Shown: piece after piece, positions 36,581 through 57,284 of the stretch
How positions within the stretch are numbered: position 1 is the first letter of the stretch
Layout of the letters: each line of letters opens with the position of its first letter
Source: Chrysemys picta bellii
Lineage: Eukaryota
DNA: 64,000 nucleotides
Reading direction: 5' to 3'
Assembly: GCF_011386835.1 (NCBI RefSeq)
Contig: NC_088794.1
Coordinates: 13,020,001 to 13,084,000 of the forward strand
Translations under genes and position numbers: made by a program
Notes under the pieces: model-generated
The model's database searches: none
What the model was told of the DNA's origin: nothing
Seen by the model: only the letters and a program-made list of their open reading frames with translations

Positions 36581-37356
36581 ACAAAAACACTGACCCAGGA
36601 ACCTATCCTTGCAACAAAGCCTGATGCCAACTCTGTCCACATATCTATTCAAGTTACATCATCATAGGACCTAATCACATCAGCCACGCCACCACGCCAT
36701 CAGGGTCTCATTCACCTGCACATCTACCAATGTGATATATGCCACCATGTGCCAGCAATGCCCCTCTGCCATGTACATTGGCCAAACCGGACAGTCTCTA
36801 TGCAAAAGAATTAATGGACACAAATCTGACATCAGGAATCATAACATTCAAAAACCAGTAGGAGAACACTTTAACCTGTCTGGTCATTCAATGACAGACC
36901 TGCAGGTGGCAATTTTGCAATAGAAAAGCATCAAAAACAGACTCCAATGAGAGACTGCTGAGCTGGAATTGATATGCAAACTAGATACAATCAACTTAGG
37001 CTTGAATAGAGACTGGGAATGGCTGAGCCATTACAAACATTGAATCTATCTCCCCATGTAAGTGTTCTCACACTTCTTATCAAACTGTCTGTACTGGGCT
37101 AGCTTGATTATCACTTCAAAAGTTTTTTTTCTCTTACTTAATTGGCCTCTCAGAATTGGTAAGACAACTCCCACCTGTTCATGCTCTCTGTATGTGTATA
37201 CATATCTCCTCAATATATGTTCCATTCTATGCATCCAAAGAAGTGGGCTGTAGCCCACGAAAGCTTATGCTCAAATAAATTTGTTAGTCTCTAAGGTGCC
37301 ACAAATATTCCTGTTCTTTTTGCAGATACAGACTAACACGGCTGCTACTCTGAAAC
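36581..37356 (+). mobile_element. 5'-truncated Penelope-like retroelement: GIY-YIG endonuclease remnant plus terminal repeat
   Basis: NVIYATMCQQCPSAMYIGQTGQSLCKRINGHKSDIR...VGEHFN...ELELICKLD; CxxC motifs; in-frame stops and a frameshift; ends GGCTGCTACTCTGAAAC. Confidence 0.92.
37231..37270 (+). ncRNA. Hammerhead motif with G5A core change (probably inactive)
   Basis: GCAU-CCAAAGA-A-GUGGGC(UGUA)GCCCAC-GAA-AGCU-U-AUGC; perfect stems I and II. Confidence 0.65.
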
Positions 37357-37471
37357 CAGTATTAAATTGTTTGTTTAAAACATATATTGTATTTCCCTGG
37401 AACCTAACCTCCTCATTTACATTATTAAAGCGTGGCAGTGCTTTAACACTGCCAGTGTAGACAAGCCCTAA

Positions 37472-38195
37472 GTGAAGCATGCATGGACATGTGACTTGCC
37501 CATATGATTCCAAATACCATCTTGTTCCCTGTAATTTTCCAGTGAGAACAATGGGTTTCCCTTCACTTGGCAGAAGCTATAAAAGGCCCTGGAAACACCT
37601 CCATTTTGCCTCTTTTCTGCTCAAACCTCTGGACTATGGATTTATACTAATGGGAGCATTCTAACCAAGGGACTGCCTTCTTTCCAACTATTTGAAAGCA
37701 ACCAGAGACTTAACAAGCCAGCAGTTTATTCCATCACTGCTACAAGCCTGATCCAAGAACTTGGCAATTGTTGTATGTATTTGATTCCTTTAACCAATTT
37801 TAATTCTCACCTTTCTTTCTTTCTTTCTTTTATAAATAAACCTTTAGATTTTAAAGACTAAAGGATTGGCAATAGCATGATTATTGGGGAAGATGTGAGT
37901 TATATATTGACCTGGGTATGTGGCTGGTCCTTTGGGATCAGAAGAACCCTTTTGTTTGATGAAATTAGTTTCAAATAACCACTCATCTTTAAATCTGGTG
38001 TCTGGTTGTGGAATCCAGGACTGGAATACCTAAGGAGGCTGCACTTGTGACTTCTTGTTAGCCAGTGTGGTGAGACAGAAGTTTATTTTGTTGCTGGTTT
38101 GGTACCTCTCATGGAAGAGTTTTGGGTGTGTTAGCCCTTTTTCCCTTGCTCTGAATTTGGTATTCTCAGTTGTGACCCACGGAGGCACGGTGACA
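37472..38195 (+). mobile_element. LTR (3' portion; left boundary uncertain)
   Basis: TATAAAA 37578, AATAAA 37835, ends ...GCACGGTGACA; preceded by an orphan Harbinger-type end AGTGTAGACAAGCCC+TAA ending at 37468. Confidence 0.6.
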
Positions 38196-39700
38196 GGCCC
38201 TCCCCAGAGCGGCAGCTGTCGCACAGAAAAAGGCGTCTTGGAGTCCAACAGAAGCAGAAACACCTGTCTGGCACTCTGGGAAGCACTTGAATGTGCCTCA
38301 CGCACAGGCAGCCTTGTGGCTGAAATCTCCCTCACTTCTATCATTATTCAGACTCTCCTACAAAATTGTATTGCCCTTTAGACCTGTGGGAGAGGATTTA
38401 GGTTCCCCTGCTCCTATGTAATTTAAGTCATGTCCACTGAAATGGCAGGAAATACCTTTTATGTTCCAGAAGCAGAACCCAGAGTTTCCGCTGCAGCTTC
38501 TCAGTGTGTTCAGCCGCTGGGAGCAGACACTCAGCCTGTAGGACGGTCACTGGGTTTGGGTGGGGGAAAGAAGTGGGTTAACTTTCTGACAAGTAAGACA
38601 GCGATAGCACTTGGCTGAGCCATCAACCCAGGGGTCAGTCTAGTTTATTTATTACTGCAGGGGACTAACAGCCAGGGCTGTAAACCTGAGGGCAGGATAC
38701 TTGCGACTGTTCAAACCACACTGGTCATTTACAGCAAATGGCAGAAGAGAACTACACAGCTACTCAGAAAAGCAGGGACATGTCTAGCGGTTAGAACAGG
38801 AGCCTGGAAAATGGGACTCCTCTCTACACACCCCTCCTCCAATATTCCACATGGCATCCCTGCCCCTACAACTCCATGCTGGGGGACAGTGACACCCACA
38901 GCTTGGCGCCAGCTGAGCGTCACCATGGTGTTTCCGGGATATAGATGACATTATGGGATGGAAAAAGTTACATGCTCCCAGTCACCCATGCATGACTCAT
39001 TTCAGCCCTACCATGCATTGTCAAAACCCCAAAAGACAGGGCACTGGATATTGGCCAGATGCACACTGGGTGCAAAGACACACACCTACCGATGGTGCAC
39101 TCACCGTGTATTGACACAAGCCCTGTGTGGGACCATACCCTGCATGGAGCTACAGTCTACCTCGTTTAGTGCAGGTTAGGAGCAGCCTTCAAGGCCCCAA
39201 GGAAATTGCTGGGCAGCCTCTGGGTGAGCTGAGTTCGGTGCTTGTAATCTAGCTCGCAGACATCACAGGCTGATGTGGGTCGCAGTTTCCAGTGACTCCA
39301 GCGCAGACTCTGAGCTGCATCCCTATGGGCGGCTGGCAGGGGAGAGATCAGACCCATCCTGGTGAGGTCCCTCCTTGGACATCTGAGCTCCCTGGCAGAC
39401 ACAACGCTAGTCATAAACCTTACTTGGTTTTTAATGCTCCTGTCTGACAGAACACGCCCCGAGTGCCGAACACGGCACCGCGTAGCCAGGGCTCTGCAGC
39501 ACGCACACCTAGAAACACCACGCTGACGCTCAGCTGGCACCGCGAGGATCATGGGGCTTGGTTAGCTGAACAACCAGAGATTATCCAGCAGTACTCAGGC
39601 TGCTTGCAGCTTTGTGCCTCCCCAAGAACGACAGGAAGCCAGGACGGGACAGGTTGAGTATACCAGCTCCATGACAGCAGCACAGATATTTTCAACTTGG

Positions 39701-39706
39701 TTTATT
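39701..39706 (-). terminator. Candidate polyadenylation signal for DCLRE1B (AATAAA on - strand)
   Basis: TTTATT on +, about 1.7 kb past the stop codon. Confidence 0.4.
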
Positions 39707-41389
39707 TGAGTTTTGTATAAATAACACACTTGTCCACACACTCTCAGAGCTTAACCCAGACACAGCAATTCACGAGATGCTCCTCAGGCACCAGGGTGGG
39801 AAGGCCAGTGATGCAGCCTCCTTCTGTACAGCCAGGAGCAACCAGACAACAAAATTAGAGGGGGCCCTGGGAGGGCTCCCAGTGGCTCCGAAGGACACAC
39901 CTTTCCCTGGCGTCCAGCGGGTGTGTCAGTGCCGACGGCAGGGTATTTTCTGGGCAGACAGCCATTCCGCTGAGAGCCCTCACTGCACTCGGACAGAGGG
40001 TCAATGTGGGGGTGGCAGCAAAGCCCTTTCGCCAGGGGACAGCCTGTCTGGGACCTCAACCCTACTGGGCTAAGAGTAGCTCCCTAAGAACCTGAAGGCT
40101 GCCCCCTCCCCTGCACCCCACCCGCTGCTGGCACAGGCACAAAGCAGCAGGTCAAACACTCGTCTAGGAAAACTACAAAGCTTCCACCTGCCCAAGCAGG
40201 TACAAGTAAAGGAAATGCCCACAGAGGGTCACCTTGAGGTCAGCTGAGCTAAGCTGTCCCTAAATCCCACGCCAAGGAGAGCGAAGCTGGTTACGTCCAG
40301 CTCAGCAGAACCGAAAGGTGGCGATCGCTTCCTTCAGAGTCTAGCTTAACCCAGCAAGAGAGCGAGCACGTTCTCATCGCGGCCGGCTGCAGGGCTAACA
40401 CTGGCTGCACTGAAAGAGCCACAGACTCCATGACTTTTAACCCAGCGAAGGTGCCTGGAGTTTGCACACTGCCGGGGGCTGTCGCTCTGGTCTGACTCAC
40501 TGATATGGGGCACAAGGATCAAGGGCTGGAGGGAGAAGAAACAACAGTTCACGAATGAACGCAGACACTCCAAACAATGCAACAAACTGCACCAGAGACC
40601 CATATCCTTAGAATTCACAGAATTCCTCCTGTCCCAGTTCGTGACACAAGAGAGCATTTACAGCCCCAACCACAAACTGGCCCAATCAGGATGGGACGGC
40701 AGCTGTGACCCCTGGGAGAGCTTCCCACAAGTCTGTGATGTTAGTGTCTCTAAATACAGCCTCACAGCAATTCAGAGAGGCCTGAAAGCTCTTCACTTCA
40801 CTGTCTCTTTAAAACCAGCTCTCAAGCTCCTAGGATAGCTGAGCACACACCAATCCCTGTCAGCAGCTAGGAATGCAAACAGCAAGGGGGAGAGGATGGG
40901 GTTCTTGAACTTCCTTCTTGTTTTGCTGTCAAGCAGGAGAATGTTTCTCTCGTCTCATGGGAACATGAATGCAGAGTCAGCCCTGGCAGCTCACGCCCCC
41001 TGCGGCTCACCTCCCAGGAACCATTCCAATCCCCTTTGCTATAAGGTCCAGCGAACAGTGTCCTCCTGGGATCTGCGTTTGTGTGAGTGCCAGGGTGACA
41101 CCCCAGGACACGGACAGGGTCACAGATAGTACTTGGGAGTCATCCTCATACTGTGGTAGAACAAACTTGCAATTTTAGAATGTTCAACAAACCAACAAAA
41201 AGAGAATCTAGGAACTGCTGCAAACTCTGCCATTCTCCTCTCAGGCAACGGAAGGGAAGCTTTCAGTGTAAAGCCCCGAGCTGGGCCATCTCCTGTCGGC
41301 TGGCTCAGAGCAGCCCTGGCAGACAACACACACTGACACAACACTTGGGAGAACAGGACCTTTGCTGCTAGCTCCACATATGCTGGCTG

Positions 41390-42558
41390 TTAGGGCCCCT
41401 CCTCTCTCCTGAAATAGTTTTCGATCTGCCAGTCAAAGCTCTCCGCAGAGTATTGCTTTAGGGTGTTTAATGGAGCAAGCAAATATTCCTCCGCAAGCCC
41501 ACGGGCAACATGACTGCTGGCCACAGAGGGCCAGCTGGCCAGGGTGACACGGTCTCCAGCTGCTCCTGGGGGAAGAAATTCCTCAGTCTGCAGGCAGGTT
41601 AAACTCTGTTTGTGTGAGGGGAAAGCGGCCTTCTTCTGCACAGAGGCCAGCGTTAAGGGGGCCCAGTCCTGCAGGGGAGGCTGGCATGGGCTGGCACGGG
41701 AGGTGTGTCTCTTTCCTGTTTGCCAGGATAAAGAACTCGTGTGTGACCGTGCTGTGCCCTCTGTGCTACTTTGGGACGTCCGGGCACCGGCGTCCTTGGG
41801 TGGCAGTGGCTGCGTTCTGGCAAGTGTCTGTGTATTGGGCTGTGCTGAAAAAAGCTGCCTCTGGGCACCATGCAGCCAGCATAACTCCACTTTGATTCCC
41901 TTTCTCTCTCCCCTGCAACACATAGAGCCACCTTGCAAACGGGTGTTGGGGTCCCTAGGCTGCTCTGAGGAGCTCTGCTGGCCAATCGTCACCCCCCCGA
42001 AATGCTCCAGCCAGTCCGTACATTTCTCTGCGGATGCAAAGGAGTCCTTCGTAGGCACAGGCTGCTGGGTGGCTCTTTGCTGCTCCCTGCTCTCTCTCAA
42101 CTGGGTGAACTTCTGCCCAGACTCTGGAATTCCGGGCTCAGGTGACGCCTTGTGGTTGGAGCTCAGGTATTTCTCCAAGTACGGCAGGCACACGTTTCTC
42201 TTGACAATTGGAACTATGGAGCAGGGCTTCAGCCACTGTACAAACTCTAGCAGCTCCGAAAAGGAGGAGTGGTCTGAATAGGGCACGAGGTGAACGCTGG
42301 GGTGGGGGATCTTCACTGGGCGGCTGGTGGGGAGAATGGCAATGGTGGGGCGCTGCTGGTTCCAGTTGATCATGGCTTCCCAGCAGATTTCAGAGATGTC
42401 CACACCGTGGATCCAGCCAGCCCCCTCCTCAGCAGTGAAGACGTCCACAAGGCCCAGCACTTTCATCTGCTCCAGTCTCTTGGGACTCACCACAATCCAG
42501 GTCTGAAACTCTAAGGCCAAGTCCACCAAGAGCGACTCTTTGCCCAGGCTGTAGACCC
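41390..42558 (-). CDS. DCLRE1B: DCLRE1B coding exon 4
   Basis: [11 protein letters not shown]...[12 protein letters not shown]...YLLAPLN...EEGP*; ttcccag|. Confidence 0.96.
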
Positions 42559-44446
42559 CTGGGAAGGAGCAAACAAGGGGGCTCAGGAACTCAGACCTAA
42601 ACAGCATTTTGCAAAGGCAGCAAAAAGGGGCCATTACCAGGATGGGGGCGAGCAGCGTGGGGCCTATAGGTTACTGGACCCAGCATCCAGGAAGAGACAG
42701 GCCCTGTCCTGCCAATCTATGCTGGAGGAGGAAGGAAAACCATCACCTGCCCCATGCAGCACACATAAAAGGAATGAAAATTAGCTACATCTGTCCTCTG
42801 AGCCAGTCAAAATGCACAACCCAGGCACAGCGAGCTGCTGTACCTCTCCCACCGCATGTCCCCTCCTAATGCGATTCCCTCCCATCAGGCACTGAGTGCC
42901 CCAGAAAGACTGTCAGTCCCTGGCTCTGGAACCAGCCCCACCCACATGCCGTGATGCCTACTCACCAATCTTGACCTCGTGATCTGGGTGGGCCTTGATC
43001 AGCTCTTTGATCTGTTGGGTGGCCTGCTGGCGGGAGGGCAGGTCGCCCAGGGGGTCGCAGTTTGTGTTGTCCAAGTAGAGAACATCAATTCGTTTCTGGT
43101 TCCTTAGCACCGGTTCCTGCAGCATGGTGGGAGTGTAACGAAAGTCACCTGGCACAAGACAAAACACCAAACACATAGAACTGTGGGAGCCCAGCCTGGT
43201 GGTCCACGCACTACTACGGCAGAGATCTGGCTTAGAGCCTCTGCCTGCCAAGGCCTCACCGCCTGCTGGCTCTAGCCCCGGGCTGCCACCTGAATGATTC
43301 AGGTTTGATTCCTGGCCTGGTGAGTGACCTGTTTCTCCTCAAGGGGCGGTGCTGGCAGGACTCCCCTTCCGAGCCCCTAAACCCTAAGACAGGAGGCAGG
43401 GCCCGGGATGTGCGGGAGAGGTCAGGGGTGACCTGTGGTAGAAGCACAGGGCTCTGGCAGGGACCCTAGAACAAAACATGCCCAGAGCTGGGCAGGAAGG
43501 CAAAGGGGGTCTCCGGGCCCCGGGATGGGGGCTCGTACCTGTGTAGAGGATGACACCAAAGGGGCCCTCAAAGAGGAACATGACTGAGCCGGGGCAGTGG
43601 TTGGCATCTATCAGGGTCACCGTCATGGTCGTTTTACCAACCTCATCAAGGGCCACCAGGTGGCTCTGGCCCACTTCCAGGGGCCGGATCCAGTGCTCCG
43701 CCACCTGGAAGGAAGCACAGGGCTGGTCAGGTGGAGTCGGCCTCAGACCCGCTCCCTCCCAACACAGGGATGAGGCCTCCTTCCCCATTCCCTTAGCCAA
43801 CCAGTTGCCCTGGGGCCCAACCCCATTCCCTGGGCTGTACTTCGCTATTCACCCAGACACTTCCCTGCACTGCCTTTGCCTGGGCAGGAGGCCCCCTCAG
43901 CTGGCCCCAGGGGAGAGAACGCTCTGCTCCAGGAGTCGGGTACCGCAATCCGACCAGAGCGTCTCCCGAGGGACGGGCTCCATTCTCATCTCCTCAGCAA
44001 GCCGCACGGCAGAGCTCTGCGGCCGGATCGCTCTGTCTGACTTGCTCTTTGTTCATTATGAAAAACAGGGATTCTTAACCCCCCATGCCAAAAGCTTGGT
44101 CCCAAGACGTCCCTTCCTCATCACAGACTCCTGGGTAGCAAACACAGTAACTGCGTTCTCACCCTTACAACGCTCGGCTTTATCCAAGTGACATGCAAAC
44201 CATGGCCCTGGGTTTGGCCCCCCGAGCCGCTGTCTGACCCCGTGGGCTGGCTCCTACCTTCAGCCTGTGGTGCAGGATTCGCCCCGTGAGGGGGGAGCAG
44301 TAGATGGGCCGGTGCCAGGTGCTGGATAACCCCACTGTGTGGTCAGAGTGCATGTGGGAGAGAAAGAACACGCGAGCATGGCTGGCTTTCCTGATGCTCC
44401 AAAAATCCACTGCAATGGGCGTGCCCGGGATGAGAGCTCCATTCAT
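41390..44446 (-). CDS. DCLRE1B: 5' exonuclease Apollo / SNM1B, spliced CDS of 4 coding exons, 568 aa
   Basis: Metallo-beta-lactamase/beta-CASP motifs SHMHSDH, ANHCPG, YTGDFR, YSDHSS; C-terminal TRF2-binding YLLAP; exons 44258-44446, 43539-43704, 42966-43148 and 41390-42558 join in frame. Confidence 0.97.
42966..43148 (-). CDS. DCLRE1B: DCLRE1B coding exon 3
   Basis: [10 protein letters not shown]...[11 protein letters not shown]...HEVKI; tgccag| and |gtgagt. Confidence 0.96.
43539..43704 (-). CDS. DCLRE1B: DCLRE1B coding exon 2
   Basis: [15 protein letters not shown]...[23 protein letters not shown]; ttccag| and |gtacga. Confidence 0.96.
44258..44446 (-). CDS. DCLRE1B: DCLRE1B coding exon 1
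   Basis: [44 protein letters not shown]...HRLK|gtagga. Confidence 0.96.
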
Positions 44447-44749
44447 GGCCCGGGCGCCTGGCCAGCGAACGACACCGCACTGCAAAACAGAGTCACGTTT
44501 CCACCATTAAAGCCCCCAAGGTCGGGGTTCTGGGGCATCAGCAGAGTTTACTGGGGAGCTGTGGGTCGGCAGTGCGGGCACTGGCAGTGCGGGGGGGCGG
44601 AAGGGGAGCAAGCAGCACTGGCAGTGCGGGGGGAGGGGCGCATCACAGGGGTGGGGGGGTGCGGAATGGGAGTGAAGGGCACTGTCAGGGCAGCTGAAGG
44701 GGCTGCCGGTAGGGCCGGGGGTGGATCCGGATCCAAGACCTGCCTCACC

Positions 44750-45055
44750 CGCTCAACTAGATTCTTCTCAAACGTCCCGTTCCCGCCGATGACTTGAGTG
44801 GCAGCGCCAGCGAGCGGCACCGATTAGGCGCATGCGTCCTTTTGCTCTGGTGGGCGGGGCCGTTGCTCTCCGAGGACGTTGGACATGCTGCGCATGCGTG
44901 GTGCGACGGCAGCGCTCTGGGTAGTGATGCAGTGCGCGTGCGGAGTGAGCGCTGTTACCGCTCGTCCGGTCGGTTTGGGGCGGGACTTCCTGTGCCGATC
45001 CGGAAGAGCCGGGGGAGGGGGCGGTGCCTGCCGGAACAACAGAACGCCAGCGGGG
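44750..45055. promoter_or_regulatory. Bidirectional DCLRE1B/AP4B1 promoter in a CpG island (island approx. 44200-45620)
   Basis: Head-to-head ATGs 610 bp apart; NRF1-type GCGCATGCG at 44828-44836 and 44889-44898; ETS ACTTCCT 44985-44991 and CCGGAAG 45000-45006; several GC boxes. Confidence 0.85.
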
Positions 45056-55209
<10,154 letters not shown>

Positions 55210-55566
55210 TTCCTCTAAGCCCTGTTCGGAGCAGCCTCACTCGGGGTGCAGGGAAGATCTTTTCTGCGGCTCAGCGTGGTGTTACTGAAGTTAAATTGCT
55301 CTTCTTCTAAACTGTTTGTAAGAGCCTTGAACAGCCCCGATCTGCCTTAGAGCTGCCATTAGTGCCAGTGGGAATAGTGTGTGGCCCAGGGGCAGCATAT
55401 GGTGCGAGTGTCGCTAGTTTCTTCACATACTGCATTATAACAGGTGCACGGGAAAGATTCAAAATCCATCAAGGTCTCGCAACTCTGAAGGCTGGGGGAT
55501 GGATCATCAGTCTGGTGCTTCTGATGGGGTCACTGAAGCAGGGACAACTCCAGTGCTAGTTACATG

Positions 55567-55572
55567 AATAAA
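55567..55572 (+). terminator. Candidate AP4B1 polyadenylation signal (second AATAAA at 55804-55809)
   Basis: AATAAA about 360 nt after the stop codon. Confidence 0.5.
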
Positions 55573-56043
55573 AGAAAGATTTAATATTGGAGTCAGATCT
55601 CTCTAGTGAGGACTGGGAATGTTGTTTATACCTGTGCTAGAGGGGCATGCAGTGTATGTACTCGACGTGCTGCCATATGGAGTATGCAGTGGAGACAGAC
55701 CCTTAGTGTTCCTTTTCAGGGCTCTACCGTAAACTACATGCAGGCTTCTCTCTGTTCAACCACCGCTCCTTAGGGGCTGGGCTTATTAACTTCAAAATCC
55801 CCAAATAAAGTCTATGAAGTTCAACTCAACTGGCTGCTTTTAGTAGGCCACTCCCAACCCTTCCTGGAGTGTTCTTTTCTTTTCCCCCGTAGTCTGCACC
55901 AGGAGCCTCTTGCTCACGGCAGCTGTTACACTGTATGTCACTGTTTCCTGTTCCCCTCTCTTGATAGAGACCAGCTGTCCCCTATCATGTGCCACTGTGA
56001 GATGGGTAATGAGGCACAGGTGGGTTGAACCAACTCCCTCTTA

Positions 56044-56318
56044 AGGCATGTCTACATTGCCCCTTCCCCCCAAAAAAACCATGGCAGCAAGTCTCAGAGC
56101 CCCCAGCAACTGACATGGGCTCATGCTACAGGGCTAAAAAGAGCTGTGTAGAAGTGCCCACTCAGGCTGGAGACCCCACTTTTGGGTTTCAGAGCTTGGG
56201 CATCAGCGCAACTGGGAATGTCTACACAACTAGCTATTTTTAGCTCCCAGCTGGCGTCCGCTGACCCAGGTTCTGAGACTTGCTGCCATGGCTTTTTGTA
56301 TGCAGTGTAGATGTACCC
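56044..56318. mobile_element. PIF/Harbinger MITE between AP4B1 and BCL2L15
   Basis: TIRs AGGCATGTCTACATTGC / GCAGTGTAGATGTACCC; internal inverted CCATGGCAGCAAGTCTCAGA; flanks TTA / TCA. Confidence 0.75.
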
Positions 56319-57151
56319 TCAGTGTCCACCCTGTGACTCTGAGTTAAGAGCCACACCAGGTTAGACCTCCCACACTTAGGGAATGGCTTCTTCCCTCATT
56401 GCCATAAAACCCCTCTTGTGCTGGTGAAGTGGCTGCTCTTGCTACCTTGGGAGCAGCAGCGCAGAATTTGCTGTGAAGTCCACTGACAGTCTTTGTGGAT
56501 TTGTTCTCTGCAGTAAGTAAGCATTCAGCAGGTATGGTCACGCTAAGGCTGCCTGCTATAGCTGCAGTTGGGTTTAAGCACAGACTGTAGTCTGGTGTGT
56601 CTTATCACCAGCTTACAGGACCTTTCCTGTGTGAGCTGAGCTCACTTAGCCACACCTCTGGCTGCTCTGGGTGATGGGAGCATATTTGCATTATGAAATT
56701 ATCAGCAAAAGCACCCTTGTACCCCGTCAGCAACTCCTCATGTTTACACAGTTGCAGGTAACCTGGTTCCAATCCCTGTGTAGACATGACCTTTGAGTCC
56801 AAGACTCATTCTAGGCAGGGTATCCCTTGGTGAAGCATGGACTTTGGAAAAACTTCATTCTCGACAGCTGTGTTTTACAATAAATGGTTATTGTGAAACT
56901 TTGCCACACCCATGCGCAGGAGAGCAAGACTGAGGGCTGAAATAGCCTGTCAGTGCTTTACCCTGCCCTGGGGAGGAGGAGTCTCCCTAAGGCACTTGCC
57001 CTTGGGAGGGTGTGACGCATGCTGAGCTGACCAGGAAGGAGGAAAGCTTCTAAAGGTTCTGTGCACAAACCTTACCCGGAAGAGGAACAGCTGCAGGGGC
57101 AACTTGGCTTCTGTTTGAACTTCAGATAATCCAAGGGGGGGACGTATTAAA

Positions 57152-57284
57152 ATGAAGAGCCCTAGGACTTTTGAGGAGCAAACAGAGTGCATTGTGGAGG
57201 CACTTCTCTCTGATCTCCTAGGGGAAGACGAATGGTTTGCTTCCCGCAGTCTGGAGACAGACTCTTTTGCTGAGTCACATGCAG
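57152..57284 (+). CDS. BCL2L15: BCL2L15 exon 1
   Basis: MKSPRTFEEQTECIVEALLSDLLGEDEWFASRSLETDSFAESHA; |gtaaag. Confidence 0.93.

Noticed and set aside
36581-37042. Intact GIY-YIG endonuclease gene
   Set aside because: It has in-frame stops, a frameshifting micro-duplication and no RT domain; it is a decayed retroelement fragment.
41544-42281. 245-aa + strand ORF
   Set aside because: Antisense shadow of DCLRE1B exon 4, with no recognisable domain or splice support.
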